A DNA stretch of 64,000 bases from positions 7,888-71,887 of IMG/VR virus record IMGVR_UViG_2877182016_000001; one strand, written 5' to 3'. Of this stretch, positions 26,698 through 33,848 are shown one piece after another (the first letter of the stretch is position 1; each line of letters opens with the position of its first letter). Made by a program: the position numbers and the translations under genes. The notes under the pieces were generated by a model. The model saw only the letters and a program-made list of their open reading frames with translations, did no database searches and was not told the origin of the DNA. Source of the stretch: a virus.

Positions 26698-27789
26698 ATG
26701 AAAACATATTGCAAACACAGTCGCATCACCGAACCCGCGTTCGTGCGCAACTGCATCGAACGGTTCCTCAACGGCAAACGCTCCCGCAGGGACGTGAACG
26801 ACTTCCTCAGCCGCCATCCCGACTTGGATTCGCTTTCACGGCAGATAGCAGACGAGATAGGACACGGCGAATACAGGTTCGCGCCCATCCGCTACTTCCG
26901 CCGTGTGGAACCGATTTCAGGCAAGATACGCATCATCGGACGCGAAAGCATCCGCCATCAGATCTACGATTACGTCTGCGGAACCGCGTTGATGCCATTG
27001 TTCCGCGCGAAGGTCGGCAGATGGCAGACGGCGAGCATCCCCGGCAGGGGCATAGCCGACGCGCGACGCGCGATCAAACGATGGGTGCGCGAACCATCCA
27101 GCAAAGTGTTCGTGAAACTGGACGTACGCAAATGCTATCCAAGCATCAGCCGTGAAGTGTTGAAACGCCTGCTCTTGCGTGACGTGGGCGACAGGCGGCT
27201 ACTGGATTTGACGTTCCATCTCATCGACCAATACGCGGGCGATGACGGATTGAACATCGGCTCCTATCTGAGCCAGTGGCTCGCGAACTATTACCTCTCA
27301 TACGCCTACCATTTCTGCGAACGGCATCTAAGCAAGGAGCGCGTGAACCGCAGGACAGGCGAAACCACCACCAGACGGCTCGTCACGCACCTGCTGTTCT
27401 ACATGGACGACATTCTCCTGGTCGGCAGATCGAAGCGTGATCTGACCATCGCCGTCAAACGCATACGCGCCTACCTGCATGACACGCTCCGTCTCGAAAT
27501 CCATCCGACATGGAACGTCAAGCACGTCGGCGTGGAGCCAATCGACATGGTGGGCTTCACCTTCTACCCGGACCATACCGGCGTCAGGGCGGGCATCTTC
27601 CTGCGCGCACGACGCTCATTCCGCCGATACGCGCGGAACCCTACGAGTCTTCGGCTCGCATACCGTTGCGCCAGCTACTACGGCTGGCTCAAAAACAGCG
27701 ATTCCATCCAATATCGGCGTCGAAACAACGTCGATCAAATCGTCCGCCGCGCCAGAAACACCGTCGCGGCAAGCCGAAAGAAAGGATAA
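26698..27789 (+). CDS. DGR reverse transcriptase
   Basis: KLDVRKCYPSI, GLNIGSYLSQ (DGR-type GxxxSQ), YMDD; 363 aa. Confidence 0.95.
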   Translation: MKTYCKHSRITEPAFVRNCIERFLNGKRSRRDVNDFLSRHPDLDSLSRQIADEIGHGEYRFAPIRYFRRVEPISGKIRIIGRESIRHQIYDYVCGTALMPLFRAKVGRWQTASIPGRGIADARRAIKRWVREPSSKVFVKLDVRKCYPSISREVLKRLLLRDVGDRRLLDLTFHLIDQYAGDDGLNIGSYLSQWLANYYLSYAYHFCERHLSKERVNRRTGETTTRRLVTHLLFYMDDILLVGRSKRDLTIAVKRIRAYLHDTLRLEIHPTWNVKHVGVEPIDMVGFTFYPDHTGVRAGIFLRARRSFRRYARNPTSLRLAYRCASYYGWLKNSDSIQYRRRNNVDQIVRRARNTVAASRKKG

Positions 27790-27792
27790 CAG

Positions 27793-28233
27793 ATGATTCA
27801 GAACGTCTCTTCCGCAACCCCGTTGGAAAAGGTGGACTACCATCTCCGCGATGACGGACTGGCCGATATCCGCATCCGCCGCAGCATCAGGACCGTCACC
27901 CATCAGGCGACCGACAACCAGCCGGAATACGTGGAGTACACGGCAGTCGAATCCTATCAGGTGCTCCCGTTGCTCGAACAGGAGGCCATCGAACAGGCGG
28001 ATGTCCTGTTCGAGGGTGACGCCACCAGTTCCAAGCCGGTGCTCGACCGTGTGAGCGCGTTGGAGCAGGCGAGTTTGGACAACGCGCAACTGCTGGCCGA
28101 CCTGATGGCGGGCGAGGGCGGAGATACGACGGATTCCGCCGATTCCGACACCGGCAAGACCGATGGCGGCGATGTCAACGACGACGGCAAGAACACCGCC
28201 GACGATTCCGCCGACAACAAGGACAAGGAGTGA
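27793..28233 (+). CDS. Acidic hypothetical protein (tail fibre chaperone-like)
   Basis: RBS AAAGGA; coiled-coil RVSALEQA; acidic tail. Confidence 0.65.
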   Translation: MIQNVSSATPLEKVDYHLRDDGLADIRIRRSIRTVTHQATDNQPEYVEYTAVESYQVLPLLEQEAIEQADVLFEGDATSSKPVLDRVSALEQASLDNAQLLADLMAGEGGDTTDSADSDTGKTDGGDVNDDGKNTADDSADNKDKE

Positions 28234-28238
28234 GAACA

Positions 28239-28373
28239 ATGGTCAGATTCAATCATGCCGCAGCGGTCCGCATGTACACCCGTCTGGTCAAGGCCGGACG
28301 CAAGACGCTGGACGAAGTACCGGAGGAATACCGCGCGGAGGTGCAGCAGAACCTTCTCGACCCGTGGTTCTGA
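28239..28373 (+). CDS. Small CD1375/XkdX-like protein (44 aa)
   Basis: Own translation MVRFNHAAAVRMYTRLVKAGRKTLDEVPEEYRAEVQQNLLDPWF; RBS AAGGAG. Confidence 0.7.
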   Translation: MVRFNHAAAVRMYTRLVKAGRKTLDEVPEEYRAEVQQNLLDPWF

Positions 28374-28388
28374 CGTAAGAAGGCATAG

Positions 28389-28517
28389 GTGAATCAGGAA
28401 GCAATCACCATCATCGTCGCCATCATCGGTTCCGGTGGGTTCGGAGCGCTCGTCCCATGGGTGCTCGACGGAATCGGTCTGCCTTTGGTGTTCGCCGCCT
28501 CTGACCACCCGTATTAA
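28389..28517 (+). CDS. Short or truncated holin-like membrane peptide (42 aa)
   Basis: MNQEAITIIVAIIGSGGFGALVPWVLD...; RBS GAAGG. Confidence 0.45.
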   Translation: MNQEAITIIVAIIGSGGFGALVPWVLDGIGLPLVFAASDHPY

Positions 28518-28526
28518 ACAAACCAC

Positions 28527-28554
28527 AGCCCCGCCACGTGCGGGGCTTTTCTTT
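28527..28554 (+). terminator. Intrinsic terminator
   Basis: AGCCCCGC/GCGGGGCT stem followed by TTTCTTT. Confidence 0.7.
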
Positions 28555-28567
28555 AAGGAGATGTAAT

Positions 28568-28957
28568 GTGCTGCAAAATTTTCTAGCCGGTTTCGGCGGC
28601 GTAGGAGGCGCGTGCGCGCTCATCACCCTTGGCCTTAAAGTCTGGCCGGGCGCTTTGGACTCGCTGGCCACCGGCTTGTACTCGCACGTGGACCCTAACC
28701 GCTTGCCATACAACAGCGTGCTCAGCCAGCATTTCGCCAAGACACGGCAGCTTGGCGAACGTACCGAGAAATTCGATGGACGGTTGGACGAATTGTGCCG
28801 TGACACCATCAAAAACACGTTGATCTCACTGATCTACGGCGACGCGCAGCACGACCACAGCGAGGCCGTCCGATACGAACTCGACAAACTCGAAAAACTC
28901 GACGCGCGATGCTGGATAGTCAACGCCGCCGAAAAATATTTGGAGGACCGGCAGTGA
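28568..28957 (+). CDS. Lysis-module membrane protein (holin-like)
   Basis: RBS AAGGAG, N-terminal TM segment, coiled coil. Confidence 0.65.
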   Translation: MLQNFLAGFGGVGGACALITLGLKVWPGALDSLATGLYSHVDPNRLPYNSVLSQHFAKTRQLGERTEKFDGRLDELCRDTIKNTLISLIYGDAQHDHSEAVRYELDKLEKLDARCWIVNAAEKYLEDRQ

Positions 28958-29040
28958 CGCGTCTCATGACCGCAGGCGGCATATGGCTGCTGTTGCTCGC
29001 GCTCGTCATCATATTCAATCATGGCGCGCACAGGCATTGA
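28954..29040 (+). CDS. 28-aa membrane peptide
   Basis: GTGA overlap; MTRLMTAGGIWLLLLALVIIFNHGAHRH. Confidence 0.45.
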   Translation: MTRLMTAGGIWLLLLALVIIFNHGAHRH

Positions 29041-29057
29041 TTTTCACACCGGTTTTC

Positions 29058-29085
29058 AAAGCCATCCCATTTCGGGATGGCTTTT
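29058..29085 (+). terminator. Intrinsic (possibly bidirectional) terminator
   Basis: AAAGCCATCCC/GGGATGGCTTT stem. Confidence 0.7.
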
Positions 29086-29163
29086 CTATTTGCCCCTTGA
29101 CTCGGGGCGGGAAGGAGAGGAATTTGGGCATCCTCAAAGGCATGTCGTTGACGGCGTTGTGGG

Positions 29164-29400
29164 GTGATGGCGATGACGGCTAGCATGCTCGCTTTGACGT
29201 CCGTGGCCGTCATATTCGTCGTGCTGCTGCTTGCGGTGGCGTGGCTGTTGTGGCGCGGCCATGACGTGCCGGTCTGGCTCACCTGTGTCGTGACGCTGCT
29301 TCTGGCCGCGTTCGCGCTCGTCTGCGTCGTCCTGCTCATGCTGCCGCTCCTGCGACTGCTGGAGATGGCCGTCATGATGTGGACGCTCGTCTGCTCGTAA
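29164..29400 (+). CDS. Very hydrophobic membrane protein
   Basis: 2-3 TM segments, directly upstream of the endolysin gene. Confidence 0.55.
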   Translation: MMAMTASMLALTSVAVIFVVLLLAVAWLLWRGHDVPVWLTCVVTLLLAAFALVCVVLLMLPLLRLLEMAVMMWTLVCS

Positions 29401-29422
29401 AACCATCAAAAAAGGAGGAAAT

Positions 29423-30226
29423 ATGAAATCATGGGAGAATCTGGAGGCTGACGAGAATCTCATCCTCTCCACGCACATGACCAAGGGCCGTCAGGGATGC
29501 AAGGTCGACAAGATCGTCGTGCATCATAATGGCGGCAACCTGACCGGCAAGGACTGCTATGACGCGTGGCAGACCCGCGAGGCTTCCGCGCACTATCAGG
29601 TGGCGGCTGACGGCAGGATCACGCAGCTCGTCTGGGATACGGACACCGCTTGGCATGCGGGCGACTGGCATGCGAACCTCACGTCCATCGGTGTGGAGCA
29701 TGCGGACATATCGTCCGATCCGTGGATGTTGAGCGAGGCGACGTTGGACAACGGCGCGCATCTGGTGGCCGCGCTCTGCAAGCATTACGGACTCGGCAGG
29801 CCGCAGTGGCGCGTCAACGTTTTCCCGCACTCCGACTTCACATCCACCGCCTGCCCCGCATCCATCGCAGGAGACCAGCGCGACGCCTACATGGCTCGCG
29901 CCCAGGCATGGTATGACAGGATGACCGGCGCGGCAGTGCCGACGCCAACCGTCCAGCCGACGCAGTCCGCCACGGCATCGTCCGCCGCAAACGTGCTGCC
30001 GGGCACGTACCGTGTGGCCGTGGACGGGCTCAACGTGCGCGACCGTCCGAGCGTTTCCGGCAATGTGGTCGCCACCTATTCCAACGGCCAGACCGTCAAT
30101 CTGGATCATTGGGGCACGGTCGCGGACGGCTACATCTGGGGCCGCTACGTGGCTTATAGCGGAGCAGTGCGCTACGTCGCGCTGGCTCCCGCTGACAAGT
30201 CAACCTGGTATCTCGTCAAAGCCTGA
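29423..30226 (+). CDS. Endolysin: N-acetylmuramoyl-L-alanine amidase plus SH3-like domain
   Basis: IVVHHN, SAHY, AWHAG, SIGVEH, HSDF..TACP; LNVRDRPS...DGYIWG. Confidence 0.9.
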   Translation: MKSWENLEADENLILSTHMTKGRQGCKVDKIVVHHNGGNLTGKDCYDAWQTREASAHYQVAADGRITQLVWDTDTAWHAGDWHANLTSIGVEHADISSDPWMLSEATLDNGAHLVAALCKHYGLGRPQWRVNVFPHSDFTSTACPASIAGDQRDAYMARAQAWYDRMTGAAVPTPTVQPTQSATASSAANVLPGTYRVAVDGLNVRDRPSVSGNVVATYSNGQTVNLDHWGTVADGYIWGRYVAYSGAVRYVALAPADKSTWYLVKA

Positions 30227-30244
30227 AAAGAAAGGTGGAATTAA

Positions 30245-30526
30245 ATGGCTGAGCATGCAGAAAAGAACACTCTGGAGACAACCATCGCCAATCTCACCGA
30301 CGAGCGCGAGGACGGCACCGACAACGCGCAGCCCGACAGCGCGTACACGCCCGTATTCTCGAAGCAGGTACGCACCGTGGTCTACGTGTTGGGTCTGATC
30401 GCTTCGTGCGTCGGCCTTGGCTTCATGACCTTCGGTGACGCTGCGGTCGGCGGCTACATTTCGACCGTGGCCGGCTTCATCGCCAGCGGTCTTGGCGTCG
30501 CCTACAATCCGCTGCGCAACGCCTGA
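30245..30526 (+). CDS. Holin
   Basis: Two TM helices, follows the endolysin gene. Confidence 0.7.
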   Translation: MAEHAEKNTLETTIANLTDEREDGTDNAQPDSAYTPVFSKQVRTVVYVLGLIASCVGLGFMTFGDAAVGGYISTVAGFIASGLGVAYNPLRNA

Positions 30527-30722
30527 CCGTGAGTGATTTGCGGGTGTGAGACTCAACCTCGCGCCGGAAAATCAACATCGGGTGGAAGAAGATTCACGCG
30601 TTCGGGTGTTTGTGGAAATTCTTGCACCCTGTTTTTAAATCTGCCCCTTCTCCATTTTGAACCGCACCCCGATTGTTGGACTGGAGTAATTCATGTCCGA
30701 TGATTTGGAGGTGCGGTTTTCT

Positions 30723-31238
30723 ATGTCACGGAAACGCAGGGGTTCATACGATGTCGAGTATATGAGAATCGTCGTCGGGTTGATTCGCGATGGGATCGGC
30801 GCCAAGTCGCTCGCCCGCCGGCTTGGCGTGTCCAAGGAAACCACGAGAGAATGGTTGTTGTCATACCGAATCGGCGGAGAGGCGGCGCTCATGGGAGAAC
30901 GCGAGGGCAACAGGAAATACGATTACGAGACGAAGCTCGCCGCTGTGCTCGACCATCTGGAACGTGGGATGAGCAGGCCGGAGGTCATGGAACGTTACGG
31001 CATCGCCAGCCGGACGTGTCTGAAACAGTGGTGCCAGGACTATCGTCGCGGAGGGCCGGAGGCGCTGCGCCCGAAGCCCAAGGGCAGGCCGAAGGGCGCG
31101 AAATCCAAACCGAAACCGGCTCCCACGCGCGAACAGCTCCTCGAGGAGGAGAACGCGTATCTCAAGGCGAGGGTCGCGTATCTGGAAAAAGCCCGCGCCC
31201 TGCTGGCGTCGAAGCCGACAACCGGGAGAAGTCGGTGA
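30723..31238 (+). CDS. IS3 transposase OrfA
   Basis: Two HTH motifs; LEEENAYLK zipper. Confidence 0.85.
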   Translation: MSRKRRGSYDVEYMRIVVGLIRDGIGAKSLARRLGVSKETTREWLLSYRIGGEAALMGEREGNRKYDYETKLAAVLDHLERGMSRPEVMERYGIASRTCLKQWCQDYRRGGPEALRPKPKGRPKGAKSKPKPAPTREQLLEEENAYLKARVAYLEKARALLASKPTTGRSR

Positions 31239-32092
31239 TCGTCTCGACGCTGGCGGGGCTCGGCCATCCGCTCCGGTGCCTGTTGAAAATCGCGGGATTG
31301 GCGAGAAGCACCTACTACTATCTCCTTTCGCATCCCGAGCCGGTCACCCGGCCGGATATCGAGCCGATGGTCGCCGAGGTCTTCCATCGCACGCCCAACG
31401 GGTGCGGCCACCGGCAGGTGCGCATGTGCCTCGTATACGAGTTCGGCGTGCGTGTGAGTCATAAGAGCGTGCTCAGGGTTATGCGCCGCATGGGATTGAA
31501 GTGCGCCATACGCCGCCCGAACCCATACCGCAGATACAGCTCATACCAAGGCGATACGGGCGCGAAGCCGCCGAACCTGCTGGAACGCGACTTCGCGGCC
31601 GACCGGCCGTGGGTGAAGCTGGGCACGGACGTCACCGAGTTCAGGGCAGCGGGCGGCAAGGCGTACCTCGCGCCCATATACGACATGGGATCCAAGGAGA
31701 TTGTGGCCTGGGATGTCAGCCGGCACCCCGACCTCGCCCAGCAGCAACGGCTGCTCGCCATGCTCGAGGAGAAGCTGCCCGAAGGCGCCGACCCCATACT
31801 CCACAGCGACATGGGATGGCAATACCAGCACGACTGGTGGCGGAACAGGCTCGGGGAACTGGGCATCCGCCAGTCCATGAGCCGCAAGGGCAACTGCATC
31901 GACAACGCCGCCACCGAGCAGGTGTTCGGCCACCTCAAGGACGAGTTCTACACCGGCCGCGAGTTCGCCTCGTACGAGGAGTTCAAGAACGAACTGGACG
32001 CGTACATCATCCACTGGAACACCAGACGACGCCAGATACGACTGGAGGGACACACCCCGGAGGAATTCCGGAACATGTCCCTCACAGCCTAA
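31235..32092 (+). CDS. IS3 transposase OrfB (DDE)
   Basis: TDVTEF, HSDMGWQY, SRKGNCIDNA..E motifs. Confidence 0.9.
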   Translation: MIVSTLAGLGHPLRCLLKIAGLARSTYYYLLSHPEPVTRPDIEPMVAEVFHRTPNGCGHRQVRMCLVYEFGVRVSHKSVLRVMRRMGLKCAIRRPNPYRRYSSYQGDTGAKPPNLLERDFAADRPWVKLGTDVTEFRAAGGKAYLAPIYDMGSKEIVAWDVSRHPDLAQQQRLLAMLEEKLPEGADPILHSDMGWQYQHDWWRNRLGELGIRQSMSRKGNCIDNAATEQVFGHLKDEFYTGREFASYEEFKNELDAYIIHWNTRRRQIRLEGHTPEEFRNMSLTA

Positions 32093-32289
32093 TCAGGTAC
32101 CATTAATAAACCACGTCCAACTTCCGGGGCGCAGTTCAGTTCAGGCTGGGGGAGGGGCTTTTTCTTGTTATTCGGCGTGTTTGCGTGGTCGTCCGCCGCC
32201 GTCGCGGCGGCCCGGTGGTTTTGTGCGAATACCGTCTGGATCACGCTCACGGCGAGACGAATGTCCGCCGTCATGGGGTATCGTTGCAA

Positions 32290-32555
32290 TCGAACTTGAG
32301 ACCCGGACCTGCTTTGCTGGTGGGCAGGGTTTCGGGTTCGAAGCGTGTGGCTGGCTGCCGCAGGCATCCGATGGCGAGTCGATGCGCCATCAGCGAGAGC
32401 TGGATGTCTCGCCCAACGGCTGGGCCAGACGGTTGAGACCAACCGGAGCCGTGACCCTTCCCGCGCAAACGGGACGCTAGTCATGCAGAAGACTGTAAAA
32501 AGATCAGCCACACGGCTTCGGAGGGGCGCTTGGTCGGTGCCCCTCTTTTAATTTT
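32290..32555 (+). ncRNA. Candidate structured RNA ending in an intrinsic terminator
   Basis: Consecutive stems with G-U pairs on the + strand; terminator GAGGGGCGC/GTGCCCCTC-TTTTAATTTT at 32521-32555. Confidence 0.45.
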
Positions 32556-32572
32556 CTGGGAGGATTCCGGGC

Positions 32573-33127
32573 GTGAACGTGACCGAGGTGAAACGGCGGA
32601 TGCTTGGCGAGGCCCGAAAGGCAGCCCGACTATACGCCAATCTCGTCGGAACGATCACGAGAATCGCGTGCGACGACGGGATGACGCTGGACATCCAATG
32701 GAAGGCCTCGAACTTCGCCCACCTATGCGGCCTGGAATACTACGCCGACGACAACCGCACCCGCAGACTTCCCGCCCGACGCCTGTACACCGACCTCCTG
32801 TCCGGCCATGGGATCTCGGTGAAAAGGGTCGCGCCCACCGGAGACGCGCGATGGCTCGCGAGGAAGACCGACGTGATAGCCAGCGCATTCGCACTGAACG
32901 ACGCGTCCATGGTGGTCGAATCAGGCAACAGCCGGATACGCCTCTACATGGGAAACACAGTCTGGTGCATCGGCCTCGGAAGAAGCGGAGAGGACGGCCC
33001 CTACTATCCGCAATCCCTACGCAAGGGGAACGCGGCCAAGGAAAAAATGCCAGGAACCCAGATCCACCATGTAGTCTCGATCAAATACCTGAACACGGCA
33101 CAGTGCCACCCATCGATTCAAGACTGA
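32573..33127 (+). CDS. PBECR4-like (BECR-fold) putative RNase
   Basis: NFAHLCGL motif resembling PBECR4 NFxHLxG; C-terminal YYPQSL; RBS GGGAGG. Confidence 0.55.
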   Translation: MNVTEVKRRMLGEARKAARLYANLVGTITRIACDDGMTLDIQWKASNFAHLCGLEYYADDNRTRRLPARRLYTDLLSGHGISVKRVAPTGDARWLARKTDVIASAFALNDASMVVESGNSRIRLYMGNTVWCIGLGRSGEDGPYYPQSLRKGNAAKEKMPGTQIHHVVSIKYLNTAQCHPSIQD

Positions 33128-33151
33128 CAACATCCAACCTCCAACAACAAA

Positions 33152-33185
33152 CCGCCCCGGCGCTCGCGGATGAGCGCCGGGGCGG
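33152..33185. terminator. Hairpin between convergent genes
   Basis: Perfect 14-bp stem CCGCCCCGGCGCTC/GAGCGCCGGGGCGG. Confidence 0.7.
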
Positions 33186-33188
33186 ACG

Positions 33189-33395
33189 TCACTCCGCCGG
33201 ATGCTTGCGCGGCCTGCCACCGCCGACTCCGCGTCCGGGGCGTTGCGCGTTCCATTGGTCGATGGTGTCGGGGAGCCAGCCGCGCGTGCGGCCTATTAGG
33301 GCGTCCGGTTGGGGGAGTTTGTAGGCGCTGACGGCGGCTGTGCTGATGCCGAGACGCTTGGCCACGTCGGTGACGCTCAGGTATTTGATGGTCAT
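33189..33395 (-). CDS. AlpA/excisionase-like HTH protein
   Basis: YLSVTDVAKRLGIS...LPQPD...GW...TIDQW. Confidence 0.75.
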   Translation of the reverse strand: MTIKYLSVTDVAKRLGISTAAVSAYKLPQPDALIGRTRGWLPDTIDQWNAQRPGRGVGGGRPRKHPAE

Positions 33396-33396
33396 G

Positions 33397-33537
33397 TCAG
33401 TCCTTCCTTCCGGCGATGAGCGCGAAGACGGCGCTGACGATGGCGCATCCGGCGGTGAGCGCGAACGGCCAGCCGAACCATGCGCTGGCGGCGGTTCCGA
33501 GCGCGAACACCGCGCTGACTATCGATTCCGTTCTCAT
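33397..33537 (-). CDS. 46-aa two-TM peptide
   Basis: Own translation MRTESIVSAVFALGTAASAWFGWPFALTAGCAIVSAVFALIAGRKD; stop 1 nt before the next ATG. Confidence 0.6.
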   Translation of the reverse strand: MRTESIVSAVFALGTAASAWFGWPFALTAGCAIVSAVFALIAGRKD

Positions 33538-33600
33538 GATGTCCCATGGCATAATCGGAGATATGGGGTTCCGGCCCCTAGGTCTGGCCGGAACCCTTGC

Positions 33601-33720
33601 TCACTTCCTCTTCTTCGGTTTCCGTCTCATCTCCTTGATGAGTCCGGTCACTGCTTTGATGAGGGCCGCGAGGCTCGCGACGAGAAGCGAGATGCTGGTG
33701 ATTATCTCCGATGGTGTCAT
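33601..33720 (-). CDS. 39-aa hydrophobic peptide with basic tail
   Basis: MTPSEIITSISLLVASLAALIKAVTGLIKEMRRKPKKRK; RBS GAAAGGAGGTG. Confidence 0.7.
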   Translation of the reverse strand: MTPSEIITSISLLVASLAALIKAVTGLIKEMRRKPKKRK

Positions 33721-33747
33721 GTTCACCTCCTTTCCTTGATATAAACT

Positions 33748-33776
33748 ATATTAGCATAGTAAATAAAGTATTGCAA
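33748..33776 (-). promoter_or_regulatory. Sigma70-type promoter TTGCAA-17-TAATAT
   Basis: Read on the minus strand, upstream of the 39-aa peptide gene. Confidence 0.65.
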
Positions 33777-33848
33777 GCCGAAACACAAAAAACAGAGAAA
33801 AAATCAACGGATTGATAGACTTGATGCCACGCAAACGAAGGGGCGAGC

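Larger units (their letters stand above)
30658..32138 (+). mobile_element. IS3-family insertion sequence (1481 bp)
   Basis: TG...CA ends, 24-bp terminal inverted repeats matching 19/24, orfA/orfB in -1 phase. Confidence 0.92.

Noticed and set aside
26698..27789. RT as a group II intron, retron or Abi RT
   Set aside because: The adjacent TR/VR pair with adenine-biased mismatches and the GxxxSQ motif identify a DGR; no maturase domain is present.
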